Source: Lawsonibacter sp. (GTDB lineage Bacteria > Bacillota > Clostridia > Oscillospirales > Oscillospiraceae). From it: a stretch of DNA of 64,000 bases. The stretch spans positions 26,351 to 90,350 of the forward strand of contig JBMNQA010000008.1 in assembly GCA_050943895.1 (NCBI GenBank), written 5' to 3'. A model generated the notes under the pieces. The model was not told the origin of the DNA. It saw only the letters and a list, made by a program, of their open reading frames with translations, and ran no database searches. Numbering within the stretch: position 1 is the stretch's first letter; every line of letters begins with the position of its first letter. Made by a program: the position numbers and the translations under genes. Of the stretch, positions 19,413-29,879 are shown piece after piece.

Positions 19413-21737
19413 TCACCGGACAAGAATATTTTCTGTTGGTAAATCTTCCCGCGTTTCCTTAGAAGAAAAATAATAGGAGAGAATATCCGCGGCCATGGTC
19501 GCCAATTCAGAGCCACTACCACCGTGTTCCACCACGATCGAAACTGCAATCTCTGGATCGTCATAGGGGGCAAAGCAGACAAACACGGCATTGGACTCAG
19601 ACTGGGCACTGATTTGAGCGGAACCAGTTTTCGCGCCCACTGAAACGTTTAGGCCACTAAATGCCCGGGCAAGTGAGGTCGTGGTCAGGTCCAGCATGCC
19701 CTTCTTCACTGCCTCCAGGTTCTTCTCCTGAATTTCAATGGTGTCCATAATCTGGGGCTCATAGGAATAGAGAACCTGGGAAAAATCGCTGGATTTGACC
19801 TCCTTGAGCAGATGGGTGGAGTACCGGGTGCCTCCATTGGCCAATGTTGCAATGTAGTTGGCCAACTGGATGGGGGTGACCTGGGTGCTCTCCTGGCCAA
19901 TGGCCACAGATAGTGTGCTACCCTCGTACCAGGTGCCTCCCATACTTTCTGTAAATTCTGGGCCAGCCATAACACCGGCGTTTTCGCTCAATTCAATTCC
20001 TGTCTTTTGCCCTAAACCAAACATAGCGGCGTACTTCTCCAAAGTCTCTATACCCAAACGACGACCTACATCGTAAAAGAAATAGTTGCAGGAGTTGGTG
20101 ATTGCTTGGGTTACGTTCTGGTTGCCGTGGGTGCGACCGCCATTTTGACGGTAAATCCAGCACTTTGGTTGGGGACTGGAGTAGTAGGTGTATACACCCT
20201 GATCCTTAATAATGGTAGAAGGAGTAATAATGGGGTTTCCATCTGTATCCTTTTCTTCCAAGCCTGCGATAGCGGTTATCATTTTAAAAGTAGATCCGGG
20301 AGGATAGAGACCCATAAGAGCCCGGTTTAAGAAAGGACGAAGGGGATCTGCAGCATTTTCGTTATAGTCCCGGCTATAGTTTGCCAGATCGAAGGTTGGA
20401 TAAGAGGCGGAGGCCAACACATCTCCGCTGTCCACATCCAACACAACACAGGCAGCGCCCTCTACCTCTTCACTTTCCAAGTTAGGTAGGGAGGAGGCTA
20501 GAATATCTTCGACTGCCATTTGTAGATCCAAATCCAAAGTAAGCACTACGTTATTCCCTGGCTCTGGTTCGGTGATCCAGGTCTCAGAGAGGACTTTTCC
20601 ATTGGTGTTTCGTTCCAACGCCAAGCTACCTGGGGTACCTCTTAGATAGGACTCAAAGGCCAGTTCTACGCCCTCTTTTCCCACTGTATCGTCCATCTGG
20701 TAATCGACGACTCCATCTCCGTCCAGATCCACCGTTTTATAGTATGCCCACTCCTCTGGACTCATGGCGGCTACCCGCCCCAACACATGGGCGGCGTAGG
20801 TAGTGTGATACTCTCGCACGGTGGTGGCCTGGATGTTCACTCCGGGCAAAGAAAGTTCTTTTACCCGGGAAATAAAGTCAATCCCTACGTCCTCAGAAAA
20901 GACATAAGAGGCAGCTTGATAGATCCCTTTAGAGCGCAATGTCAATTCGTAGAGAATTCCTGCCACCGCGCGGGCATCGGAGGCGTCTAAATCTCCAATA
21001 TTCAAGGCAGGAACTTCCTGCCCGGATTTTTCGTCTACAACTCCCTCTCCCTGCAGTTCGAAGGAGGCGCACATTTTTCCAAGTAGTTGTTCAGCTGTGG
21101 GCAGGGATGTCTGATCGGGAGCAGAAGAGTTAGCAGAGGTAGAAGTGGAGGTGGGGGCAGAGGAAGCTCCTTCGCCTCGGAAAAAGTTTTTGATGGAGTT
21201 CCAAAATCCACCTTCTGGTTCTGGGGTTGGGGTAGAGACAGTGGGTTGGGGGTCCTTAGTTGGGTCAGAGATCCAGTCCATAGTTACTGCCAGCTTCCCC
21301 AGGCGAGTGAGATTTTTTTGTTCCACACCATCTTCATCGATTGAGGTGGTATAGTAGGGATCGGCAGTTGTAAAAACGAAAGGCGGCTGAGCGGAGATGG
21401 GAAGCGTATCGTTCCAAGACACCCCGTTTTCACGTGCCACCTGGACCAGGGTTAAGAGTGTGTCGTTACGTTGTTGTGTATCCCCCATACGGGAAGTGTC
21501 CAATGTAACTTGATACACGGCGCGATTGGAGACCAAAACCCTGCCATTGCGGTCTAGAATTTGTCCGCGAGCGGCCTCTACAGTTTGAATTTCCGCAATT
21601 TTTCGTTGGGATTTTTCATAATACTCTTCCCCTTGGTTGATTTGTAGATCGTAAAGGGCGGATCCCATGGATAAAAAGGCGACGGATAGGGCCAGAATAA
21701 CTGCCCACACCCGGCGCCGAAATTGTTTTGAATCCAA
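19413..21737 (-). CDS. mrdA: Class B penicillin-binding protein (PBP2/MrdA-type)
   Basis: AARGQILDRNG; active-site STFK, SCN and KTG motifs; downstream of mreD. AAGGAGGTG RBS before TTG 21737. Confidence 0.9.
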   Translation of the reverse strand: MDSKQFRRRVWAVILALSVAFLSMGSALYDLQINQGEEYYEKSQRKIAEIQTVEAARGQILDRNGRVLVSNRAVYQVTLDTSRMGDTQQRNDTLLTLVQVARENGVSWNDTLPISAQPPFVFTTADPYYTTSIDEDGVEQKNLTRLGKLAVTMDWISDPTKDPQPTVSTPTPEPEGGFWNSIKNFFRGEGASSAPTSTSTSANSSAPDQTSLPTAEQLLGKMCASFELQGEGVVDEKSGQEVPALNIGDLDASDARAVAGILYELTLRSKGIYQAASYVFSEDVGIDFISRVKELSLPGVNIQATTVREYHTTYAAHVLGRVAAMSPEEWAYYKTVDLDGDGVVDYQMDDTVGKEGVELAFESYLRGTPGSLALERNTNGKVLSETWITEPEPGNNVVLTLDLDLQMAVEDILASSLPNLESEEVEGAACVVLDVDSGDVLASASYPTFDLANYSRDYNENAADPLRPFLNRALMGLYPPGSTFKMITAIAGLEEKDTDGNPIITPSTIIKDQGVYTYYSSPQPKCWIYRQNGGRTHGNQNVTQAITNSCNYFFYDVGRRLGIETLEKYAAMFGLGQKTGIELSENAGVMAGPEFTESMGGTWYEGSTLSVAIGQESTQVTPIQLANYIATLANGGTRYSTHLLKEVKSSDFSQVLYSYEPQIMDTIEIQEKNLEAVKKGMLDLTTTSLARAFSGLNVSVGAKTGSAQISAQSESNAVFVCFAPYDDPEIAVSIVVEHGGSGSELATMAADILSYYFSSKETREDLPTENILVR

Positions 21738-21771
21738 GAAAGGACACCTCCTTCTTGTGTGCACATATGTC

Positions 21772-22284
21772 TTAAGCTAATTTGGTTCCTCCCACTCGGC
21801 GATAGACACATCGGAAGAGAAAATAGATCACCGGTGTCCAAGCGAGAGAGAGAAGAAATTCAGGCCCGGCGACCCAAAGTAACTCTGGGAGGGAGGCAAG
21901 GCCTGTGAGCATCCGCCCGGCAATGCGAAAAAACTCCAGTGCAGCTAATGCTCCGGCACAGCATACCATACAACCTGGAAGAGATTGAGACAGCGCATAC
22001 TGAGCCGCTCCTCCCGTAACTGCGCCGGTGAGCGCGAGGAAAAACACCAGACCTCCGAATCCACCAGGGTAGGCCATTTCCCACAGTAGACCTACGGCCA
22101 AACCAAAGCCGGTGCCGGCATAAGCCCCCTCCAACACTGCAACAGACACTGCTGCTACTGGCAACAAAACGGGAGTAAAGCCGGCCAAAGGGATTCGAGG
22201 GAGCAAATAGGCATCTACAATCCACACGAAAAACAGTGCCAGGGTGTAAACGGACCACTTGTGGATTAAGTCCCGACGGGTCAT
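21772..22284 (-). CDS. mreD: Rod shape-determining membrane protein MreD
   Basis: Hydrophobic ~170-aa protein between mreC and pbp2; LEGAYAGTGFGLAVGLLWE. Confidence 0.75.
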   Translation of the reverse strand: MTRRDLIHKWSVYTLALFFVWIVDAYLLPRIPLAGFTPVLLPVAAVSVAVLEGAYAGTGFGLAVGLLWEMAYPGGFGGLVFFLALTGAVTGGAAQYALSQSLPGCMVCCAGALAALEFFRIAGRMLTGLASLPELLWVAGPEFLLSLAWTPVIYFLFRCVYRRVGGTKLA

Positions 22285-22320
22285 AGAGGAAGCCTCCTTT
22301 CCAATCACCCTCAGGTGGGA

Positions 22321-23163
22321 TCATTCCACAATGTCGAAATCTTTAATCACAAATACTTCGATAAGGGAATCAAACTCTGCTTCGGGAATGATCACAGCGT
22401 ATCGTGTCATGCCGGAGGGATCGGTGAAGACTCCCTCTACCTGACCCACCACCAGACCGGAGGGATAAATATCTCCTTTTCCGGAGGTGACTACTTCATC
22501 GCCGGAAACCAACTGAGCACCCTCTGGGAGATAACTCAATTTCAATCGACCTTGGCCCATCAAGGCAAAATTTCCCTCTAAAATTCCGGCGGAATAAGTG
22601 CGAGTGACAATGCCACCCATCTCAATGTCAGTATTGATGATGGTGGATACGGTAGACCAATTGAGGCCAACTGCTGATACCACGCCCACCAGTACTCCTG
22701 TTTCAGTGATTACACAATTCCCCACTGCCACTCCAGAGGAAGAACCTTTGGATAAAGTCAGGGTGGATTCCCAGTTGAAGGTAGAGCGGGCGGTGACCCG
22801 AGCGGACTCAAACGTAAAGTCTTGCCGCTTGGCCTGCAAGTCCAGCAGCTGCCGCAGTTGTTCATTTTCACGGCTTGCCTCCTGCCCTTGACGCACCTGT
22901 TCCTCCAGATCAGCTACTTGCTTACGCAGATCGTCCAACTCATCGTGGAGTTCCTGGTAGTGGAAGACGTAGGTATATACACCTTCCGCCCAGTCTGCCA
23001 CCCTTGACACCGCCCCGCGTACCGGAGCAGTGATCGTGTTAAAAGCGTTTGACAGGGGGTCCGTGTTCCCACCCAGCACTGCGGAACCCACTCCGATGAG
23101 GATGGAAAGCAGCAGCGCAATTACCAACAGCAATATTCCGTTTTGGCGGAGAAAATCTTTCAC
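22321..23163 (-). CDS. mreC: Rod shape-determining protein MreC
   Basis: N-terminal TM, coiled coil (ENEQLRQLL), GVLVGVV, GDEVVTSG..IYPSGLVVG. GTG start overlaps the maf stop. Confidence 0.92.
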   Translation of the reverse strand: MKDFLRQNGILLLVIALLLSILIGVGSAVLGGNTDPLSNAFNTITAPVRGAVSRVADWAEGVYTYVFHYQELHDELDDLRKQVADLEEQVRQGQEASRENEQLRQLLDLQAKRQDFTFESARVTARSTFNWESTLTLSKGSSSGVAVGNCVITETGVLVGVVSAVGLNWSTVSTIINTDIEMGGIVTRTYSAGILEGNFALMGQGRLKLSYLPEGAQLVSGDEVVTSGKGDIYPSGLVVGQVEGVFTDPSGMTRYAVIIPEAEFDSLIEVFVIKDFDIVE

Positions 23164-23762
23164 GTTTTTTGCTCCTTTTGGGCGCACTGGGCCAATACAT
23201 CCAGTCCGAATTCGGCCAGCATCTGTCCCAACCGACAAACGGGCAGACCTACTACATTGGAGTAATCTCCCTCAATAGCCTCCACAAACAGCGCACCATA
23301 GCCTTGGATGCCGTAGGCCCCTGCTTTATCCATGGGTTCTCCGGTGGCCACATAGCAGCTGATTTCTTGTGCGGTGAGAGGGCGGAAACGGACGCGGGTG
23401 GCCTCGTGCTGGGTAAGAATCCGGCCATCTTGCAGAATTGTAATACCGGTATAAACTGTATGGGAGCGGCCGGAGAGGGTAGAAAGCATCTCTTTGGCCT
23501 GCTGGGTAGAGTGCGGTTTTCCTAATACCTGGTTAGCAACTGCCACCACGGTGTCTGCCGCAATTACCAAGTCGCCGGGCTGTACGGTACGTCCCACTTC
23601 CAATGCTTTCTGCCGGGATAGTTCTTCCACCAATTGATCCGGAGACAACTCTGGGTGAGGGGATTCTTCTCCGTGAGCCGGACGAATTTGAAAACCGGAT
23701 AACCCAATTTGTTCCAGCAACTCCCGCCGACGTGGAGACTGGGAGGCGAGAATGATGGCCAT
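23160..23762 (-). CDS. maf: Maf nucleoside triphosphate pyrophosphatase
   Basis: ILASQSPRRRELL, IAADTVV, GEPMDKAGAYGIQG, NVVGLP. Confidence 0.97.
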   Translation of the reverse strand: MAIILASQSPRRRELLEQIGLSGFQIRPAHGEESPHPELSPDQLVEELSRQKALEVGRTVQPGDLVIAADTVVAVANQVLGKPHSTQQAKEMLSTLSGRSHTVYTGITILQDGRILTQHEATRVRFRPLTAQEISCYVATGEPMDKAGAYGIQGYGALFVEAIEGDYSNVVGLPVCRLGQMLAEFGLDVLAQCAQKEQKT

Positions 23763-23766
23763 AGTC

Positions 23767-24654
23767 CTATTCCTCCATCTGGGCGTTATTGGGACCGCCA
23801 GTCAGGGTGCCGGAGACCTGAATGGCATGGCCCCAGAACAATTCTGCATCTTGGAACCAAAATGCAAAACGGTCATCTCCCCAAACCTGAAGGGAGTCCA
23901 ACTCCATACGTTGCGTAAAGTCCTCGCGGGTTACCGGTTGAGATTCCTCCTCTTCAGTCCCTTCGTTTTGTACATAGTCATTTGCCAGAGACAGCAAGGA
24001 GTCAGCGGCATATCTGCGTACCACCTCATCCCAATGTGCCTGGTCGGACATCAGAATTTGGGCGGTCTCCTGGGCAGACTTCTGTTCCGCCTCAGTGCCG
24101 TTGTCGTACACCAACTGAATTCCCTGTCCCAGCCACTCTATATCGGCTTGGAACCAGTTTACCGAACGGTTAAGAGTAAAGGTCCCCAGTCCTTCTACCC
24201 AGTGACTGATCTCTTTCACCTGCTCATCTAAAATGACTTTTAATTCCGCGTCCATAATTGGGGTAGGCAGACCAACGAGTAGAAAACGATGGTCCTCGAG
24301 CCCCTGACGAACTCGGGCCTGAATAATGGAATCTTTAGGGGCTCTGCGGCGCAGGTATTCCAATAACGTGTCGTCCGCCAGAGCCATCAGACAAGTATCC
24401 TCTTGATGGATGGGACCATCCCCTTCCCGCCAGGCAGTGAGTGGGAGGGTGGCCGTCCAATAGGATGCGTCTGGAGCTTTTTCTCCACCAAAGCGATTTG
24501 CGCCCGTAACGGCTAGAATTTCAAACTCTTCCGTGCCGAATTGGGCGGCCAGTGCCGCAGCTTCCGGGTGTTTAGGCTGAACGGTAGGCTGCTGTTCCTG
24601 GAGAGGAGTGGAGGAGGATGTCTCCGCTTTCTTTTTGCCGAATAGTTTAAACAT
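23767..24654 (-). CDS. DUF2262-like protein of unknown function
   Basis: C-terminal GTFTLNRSVNWF...F.FWF.D.ELFWGHAIQVSG pattern recalled for DUF2262. Confidence 0.6.
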   Translation of the reverse strand: MFKLFGKKKAETSSSTPLQEQQPTVQPKHPEAAALAAQFGTEEFEILAVTGANRFGGEKAPDASYWTATLPLTAWREGDGPIHQEDTCLMALADDTLLEYLRRRAPKDSIIQARVRQGLEDHRFLLVGLPTPIMDAELKVILDEQVKEISHWVEGLGTFTLNRSVNWFQADIEWLGQGIQLVYDNGTEAEQKSAQETAQILMSDQAHWDEVVRRYAADSLLSLANDYVQNEGTEEEESQPVTREDFTQRMELDSLQVWGDDRFAFWFQDAELFWGHAIQVSGTLTGGPNNAQMEE

Positions 24655-24698
24655 GGTCAAACACTTCCCGTTTTGTGGATATCAAAGCCAGCAGGGTG

Positions 24699-25148
24699 TC
24701 ACGTTCCGGTGGAACCAAAGCCACCTGCACCCCGTTGTGTGGCAGGCAGTTCTTCTACTGGAGTAAGTTGGGCCTGGAAAACCGGAGTAATCATTAACTG
24801 AGCAATCCGATCGCCGGGCTGGATGGTATAGGCTACATCGCCGGAGTTTTGAAGCCCTACTAGAATCTCACCCCGGTAGTCGCTGTCAATGACCCCTACA
24901 CAGTTCGCTGGAGCAACTCCGTGTTTAATGCCTAAACCGCTGCGGGCAAAGACCAGTGCCACATAGTCTGGAGAAGGGAGAGCAATGGCAATCCCAGTAG
25001 GAATTACCGCGCGGCCGCCAGCAGGAATGGTGACGGCTTCCTCCACACAAGCGTGTAAATCCATGGCCGCAGCCCCGGGAGTGGCATAAAAAGGAGCGGG
25101 AATTTCCCGGCCAATTTTTGGGGAGAGGGCCTTATAACATAGTTCCAT
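24699..25148 (-). CDS. dut: dUTP diphosphatase
   Basis: AAMDL, ARSGLG, GVIDSDYRGEI, DRIAQL, RGAGGFGSTG. Confidence 0.97.
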   Translation of the reverse strand: MELCYKALSPKIGREIPAPFYATPGAAAMDLHACVEEAVTIPAGGRAVIPTGIAIALPSPDYVALVFARSGLGIKHGVAPANCVGVIDSDYRGEILVGLQNSGDVAYTIQPGDRIAQLMITPVFQAQLTPVEELPATQRGAGGFGSTGT

Positions 25149-25181
25149 TGGAATCTCCTTTATCTGTAATGATTGAGGCTG

Positions 25182-27266
25182 TTATTCTACGTCGCGGTAG
25201 TACAGTCCTCGGGTATATTCATTGGGCAAGTCACCGCCCTGTCCGAGATAGCGCTGCAGGATGCGCACGCACTCCGGGGCACTCTCAGTGGTAAACATGA
25301 GTCGAATACCCCACAGCCCTAGACGGGCGTAGTCGGAGGATTTGTCGGCTAAAAACAATTTTTTCGCATTTAAAATTTCATTACGGCAGCCCCAGGCTTT
25401 GACTACAGGGAAGCGCTCACCCTTTCGGTCTACCAACAAGTTGGAGTTGGAACACGTGTGCTGCCCAGTATGGTTATGGATAATGCAATTTTCTGTAATC
25501 ATAAGTGGAAGGCGGCCATAAGCAATCAATTCCAGGGGAATGGCTTTGGACAGATCCCGAATTTGAGCAAGTTTCAATTCAAAGGAGGCGGTAGCAGCAC
25601 AGAAACCTAGACGTTTCAATTCTTTTATGGTCTGGCTGTTGTACACGCCCAGGCCGAAATCCCCCCGCACGCGAAATCCCAGCTGCATTCCTCGACGGGC
25701 CACACCCAGAGTGCCGGCAAGGGCTTGCTCAACCCCTAGGTGGCGAAGTGATACCAATGCATTTTCCAGAGCCTGGGTTTCTCCGTCTGAACAGATGCGA
25801 GGGAGCAAAACGGCTGGTTCTATCCCTGCCTTGCGACAGGCGTCTAAAATCTCTGGTTGAGCGGCAGCTTGATCGGGAGGAAGGTAGAGAAGGGCGGGAG
25901 CCAGGGACAAAAGAACGGGAGTAATCTGACTCAGGTCTCGAACCGATACCGTAATTTTGGGAGGCTGTTTTACATTCTCGTAGCGCACACCGGGGTGGAA
26001 AGGTTCCTGTCGGCGTGTGGGCAGGCGTTGCCTTTGGGCGGAGAGTTCCCCTAGACAGCGTCGACGCAGGTCGTTGAGGGCGGACAGAGGCAAAGAGAGC
26101 CCCTCTTCCACGCGAGCGGTGGCTTTTACGCAGATGTAAGGAGTGCCACCAGTACGAGAAAGTTGACCTTCCACTTTCTCCCGGGTAAGGGGAACTGTGC
26201 GGGCTGCTTCCGGAATTGGACCTTCCACCCGGGCGACCCGGCCTTCCTTGTCCTCTGCAGCTACCTGTGTAGGAACTCCTTCCTCTACCAGAGCGTATAA
26301 TCGTACCGGCTCTTTCCGATGTTCCCCATTTTCATAAGTAGCCCGAGCCTGGGCATACAAATCCCGAGGTTCTACTTCCTCCTGGCGGATGCCAAACATT
26401 TCCGGTCCTTTTTTCCCTTGATAATACCCGTCGGTAAAACCTTGGCGGGAGAAGGCACGTTCCAGCTGATCCAGTTCTTCCTGGGTGGGTTCCCGTCCTT
26501 CCCGCAAGGCTCGGGAGTAGATACCGGTGACAATGGCTACATATTCCGGACGTTTCATCCGGCCCTCCAGCTTCAGGCAAGCTACTCCCATCTCCTGTAG
26601 CTCTTGCAGGTGGCCCGCCAGAGACATGTCCTTTAAAGACAGGGGGTAGGAATTGGCTTTGGTTCCCCAGCCGTATTTCATTCGACAGGGCTGGGCGCAA
26701 AGGCCACGATTACCGCTGCGTCCTCCTAAAACAGAGGAAAAGTAGCATTGCCCCGAGTAGCACATGCACAAAGCGCCGTGAGCAAAGACCTCAATTTCAA
26801 TCGGGGAATTGCGGCAAATATAGGCAATCTGATCACGGGTCAATTCCCGGGCCAACACGACCCGCTGGATGCCCAGGTCAGCACATAGTTTTACCCCGTC
26901 CAAAGAGTGAACGGTCATCTGGGTAGAACCGTGGATGGGAAGATCAGGAACCGTTTGGCGGAGCATGCGCATGACGCCTAGATCTTGGACAATGACCGCA
27001 TCGATGCCAATTGCGCTGGCGTGGGCGGCCACCTGAGCGGCCTGAACCAGTTCCCGGTCCGTGAGCAAGGTGTTTAATGTTAGATGGACTTTGCACCCTC
27101 TCAAATGGCAATAAGAAACCGCCGCCGCTGCCTCCTCCTGAGAGAAGTTCTTTGCGTTGCGGCGGGCGTTAAAGTCTCCGTATCCAAAATAGACCGCATC
27201 TGCCCCGTTTTGTACCGCGGCCACCACCGATTCCATAGAGCCGGCTGGGGAGAGAAGTTCCAACAT
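25182..27266 (-). CDS. U32 family protein with DUF3656-type extension (RlhA-like RNA hydroxylase)
   Basis: ELLSPAG, GADAVY, HGSTQMT, HGALCMCYSGQC..S...RSGNRG.CAQPCR, LKLEGRMK. Confidence 0.88.
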   Translation of the reverse strand: MLELLSPAGSMESVVAAVQNGADAVYFGYGDFNARRNAKNFSQEEAAAAVSYCHLRGCKVHLTLNTLLTDRELVQAAQVAAHASAIGIDAVIVQDLGVMRMLRQTVPDLPIHGSTQMTVHSLDGVKLCADLGIQRVVLARELTRDQIAYICRNSPIEIEVFAHGALCMCYSGQCYFSSVLGGRSGNRGLCAQPCRMKYGWGTKANSYPLSLKDMSLAGHLQELQEMGVACLKLEGRMKRPEYVAIVTGIYSRALREGREPTQEELDQLERAFSRQGFTDGYYQGKKGPEMFGIRQEEVEPRDLYAQARATYENGEHRKEPVRLYALVEEGVPTQVAAEDKEGRVARVEGPIPEAARTVPLTREKVEGQLSRTGGTPYICVKATARVEEGLSLPLSALNDLRRRCLGELSAQRQRLPTRRQEPFHPGVRYENVKQPPKITVSVRDLSQITPVLLSLAPALLYLPPDQAAAQPEILDACRKAGIEPAVLLPRICSDGETQALENALVSLRHLGVEQALAGTLGVARRGMQLGFRVRGDFGLGVYNSQTIKELKRLGFCAATASFELKLAQIRDLSKAIPLELIAYGRLPLMITENCIIHNHTGQHTCSNSNLLVDRKGERFPVVKAWGCRNEILNAKKLFLADKSSDYARLGLWGIRLMFTTESAPECVRILQRYLGQGGDLPNEYTRGLYYRDVE

Positions 27267-27293
27267 GGATCAGTCCTCCTTTGGGGCGGTAGG

Positions 27294-27605
27294 TTATTTT
27301 CGATTTTGTAGCTTGAAGATTTCTCGTTTACACTCAGATAACTCCATTTTTAATCGGCTGGCTTCTTCCAAGTTTTCTTTAATCTGTCGGCGCAAATTTT
27401 CAGATGCCTCCAATTCGCGGAAATACTCATCGGCGATGTTCATGGCGGCCAGTACCGCAGCGTCAGCTTGAGAGATGCGGGTGCTGGCCACTTCCTTTAC
27501 CCGCGTATCCACGTGGGCCGCGCACTTACGCACATATGCCTCGTCCTCCACAGCTACCATGGTGTATTCCCGGTCGGCAATGGTAACTACGACTTTATTT
27601 TTCAT
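27294..27605 (-). CDS. zapA: Cell division protein ZapA
   Basis: VVVTIADREY...YVRKCAAHVD...AVLAAMNIADE plus a coiled coil. Confidence 0.88.
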   Translation of the reverse strand: MKNKVVVTIADREYTMVAVEDEAYVRKCAAHVDTRVKEVASTRISQADAAVLAAMNIADEYFRELEASENLRRQIKENLEEASRLKMELSECKREIFKLQNRK

Positions 27606-27859
27606 CCCAATTCCTCCCTCTCTCTCATTGCGACTGCCCTATGGGTAGAAAAGCTCAACTTTACCCTTCATTATAACACACCTGTCCCAATTTGAAAAAT
27701 AAATAATCCATGAATTTTTCTTTTTTTGTGGGGAAAGAAAACTGGCAATGTGTGCGGATTTTCCTGTTTACGAAATGGGGGTTTTGCGATAAAATGAAAA
27801 ACGACACAACTCCTGCTGTTTACAGAGCAGAGAAATGAGAGAGAAGAGGTGGCGTCCCT

Positions 27860-28819
27860 TTGGCACAGACCCTGATTCCAGGCGAGATCTTGGCCCTGTC
27901 CGGGCAGGCGGCCGATCGGCTGCTGCGGCTGGACAATGGCGACGCCGCTCTGTTGTATTTATACCTGCTTCGCCGGGGAATGGGGGAGAGACCGCGCTGG
28001 TCCGCGCAGCGGCTGGAAGCCGCTATGCAACTGCTTCAGGAGCAGGGATTGGCCCCTCGAGACCTACCCCTTCCTGACCCAAAGCCTCAGGAACTGCCGC
28101 CTCCAGAATATGCCCTGGAAGATATTACCGCAGAGTTACAGCAGCCGGACTCCTCGTTCCCTGCACTGTGCGATGCAGTGGAGCGCCGGTTGGGGAAAAA
28201 ATTGACTGCAAACGATTTAAAAGCGCTGTATACGCTTTACGATCACCTCTCTTTGCCTGCAGAAGTTATTTTGATGCTGGTGGGCTGGTGTGCAGAGGAG
28301 ACAGAACGTCGATATGGGCCTGGGCGCCGGCCCAGTCTTTCCTACATCAGCAAAGAGGGGTTTGGCTGGGCTCGTCGAGGAATCGATACCATGGAACGGG
28401 CAGAGGAACATCTGCGCCGCTTAACTCGGCTGCGCAGCCGAGAAGGAGAGGTACTGCGCTTACTGGATATTCCGCTGCGTCCTTTGGTGGAACGAGAAAA
28501 AGCCTACATAGAAGGATGGGACGATATGGGTTTTGATGATGGAGCCCTGCGTCTGGCCTATGAAAAGACTGTGATGAAGAAGCAGAGTATGGACTGGAGT
28601 TATATGAATGGTATCCTTCGGCGTTGGCATGAGAAGGGACTTCATACTGCAGCCGCAGTTCAGACCGGGGACCGAGAACCGCGGCCGGTGCGGGCAGGGG
28701 GGCCGTCCTCCCGTCCTTTTGCTCCGCAGGAGGAGACTCGGACGCGGGAAGATATGGAACGGATGCGCCGGTTAATGGAGCAGATCAAGCAGGAGGGAGG
28801 CGGAACCGGTGGGGTATGA
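27860..28819 (+). CDS. DnaD domain protein
   Basis: Two DnaD-like repeats (YISKEGFGWARRGIDT; WSYMNGILRRWHEKGLHT). Confidence 0.85.
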   Translation: MAQTLIPGEILALSGQAADRLLRLDNGDAALLYLYLLRRGMGERPRWSAQRLEAAMQLLQEQGLAPRDLPLPDPKPQELPPPEYALEDITAELQQPDSSFPALCDAVERRLGKKLTANDLKALYTLYDHLSLPAEVILMLVGWCAEETERRYGPGRRPSLSYISKEGFGWARRGIDTMERAEEHLRRLTRLRSREGEVLRLLDIPLRPLVEREKAYIEGWDDMGFDDGALRLAYEKTVMKKQSMDWSYMNGILRRWHEKGLHTAAAVQTGDREPRPVRAGGPSSRPFAPQEETRTREDMERMRRLMEQIKQEGGGTGGV

Positions 28820-29813
28820 TCCCAATGTACTGCGTCGTGCAACCCAGCGGCTAGATGAAGAGCGGCGGGCGCGAGGAGAGCGGATTGAGCGGCTACGCCG
28901 TCAGGCGTATGAGAAGCAACCCGGTTTGGAGCGCTTGGACAGAGACTTGCAGGCCACCATGTCTCAGCTGGTAGCGGCCGCTTTGCGCCAAGGAGAAGAC
29001 CCGACCCAGGCGATACGAGAGATTCGAGCGCACAATTTAGAGTTGCAGAAACAGCGTGCCCAGATGTTGGAGAACTTAGGCTTATCGGTTGATGCGCTGG
29101 ATAACAAGCCTGCCTGCCCCCTGTGCAACGACAGCGGATGGCAGGGGGCTAATATGTGCCAGTGCCTAAAAAAGCGCTACGCCCAGGAACAAATTCAGGA
29201 GTTGTCTAAACTGCTTCCCTTGGGAGAGCAGTCTTTTGATACCTTCTCTTTAGACTACTACAGTCAGACGATTTGGCCCGGGCGAGGCGCATCCCCCCGG
29301 GAAAATATGGAACTGGTTTACGAAGTGTGTTTGAATTATGCGCAGAAATTTGGCCGTTTTTCGGTGAAAAATCTCTTCCTCTCCGGAGCACCGGGGCTGG
29401 GAAAGACATTTTTGTCCGCTTGTGTGGCTCGCACAGTATCCGAATCTGGTTTTTCTGTGGTCTATGACACAGCTGGTAGCATTTTTGCCCAATTTGAAAC
29501 ACGAAAATTTCAACGAGAAGGGCAAGATGCTTTGGAAGCGCGGGATGAGACACGCCGTTACCTAGGCTGTGATTTGTTAATTGTGGATGACTTGGGCAGT
29601 GAATTGACCACCCAGCTGACCCAGTCGGCTCTTTATGAATTGGTGAACACTCGACTGCTGACCGGACGGCATACCATTATCTCCTCCAATTTAACCATGG
29701 AAGATGTGGCGCGGCGTTATGTGCCTCAAATTGCCTCCCGATTAGAGGGAGAGTACCATATACTTCACTTTTTTGGAGACGATATCCGTCTGCTGAAAAA
29801 ACAAAGGCTGTAA
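28809..29813 (+). CDS. DnaC/DnaI-like helicase loader ATPase
   Basis: Zn motif CPLCNDSG...CQC, Walker A GAPGLGKT, Walker B LLIVDDLG, IISSNL, IASRL. Confidence 0.9.
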   Translation: MGYDPNVLRRATQRLDEERRARGERIERLRRQAYEKQPGLERLDRDLQATMSQLVAAALRQGEDPTQAIREIRAHNLELQKQRAQMLENLGLSVDALDNKPACPLCNDSGWQGANMCQCLKKRYAQEQIQELSKLLPLGEQSFDTFSLDYYSQTIWPGRGASPRENMELVYEVCLNYAQKFGRFSVKNLFLSGAPGLGKTFLSACVARTVSESGFSVVYDTAGSIFAQFETRKFQREGQDALEARDETRRYLGCDLLIVDDLGSELTTQLTQSALYELVNTRLLTGRHTIISSNLTMEDVARRYVPQIASRLEGEYHILHFFGDDIRLLKKQRL

Positions 29814-29879
29814 AGCAGCACTTTGTATCTGAATAACCAACCCGGCGCCTGCGCCGGGAAGATAAGAGAGGAAATTCCC

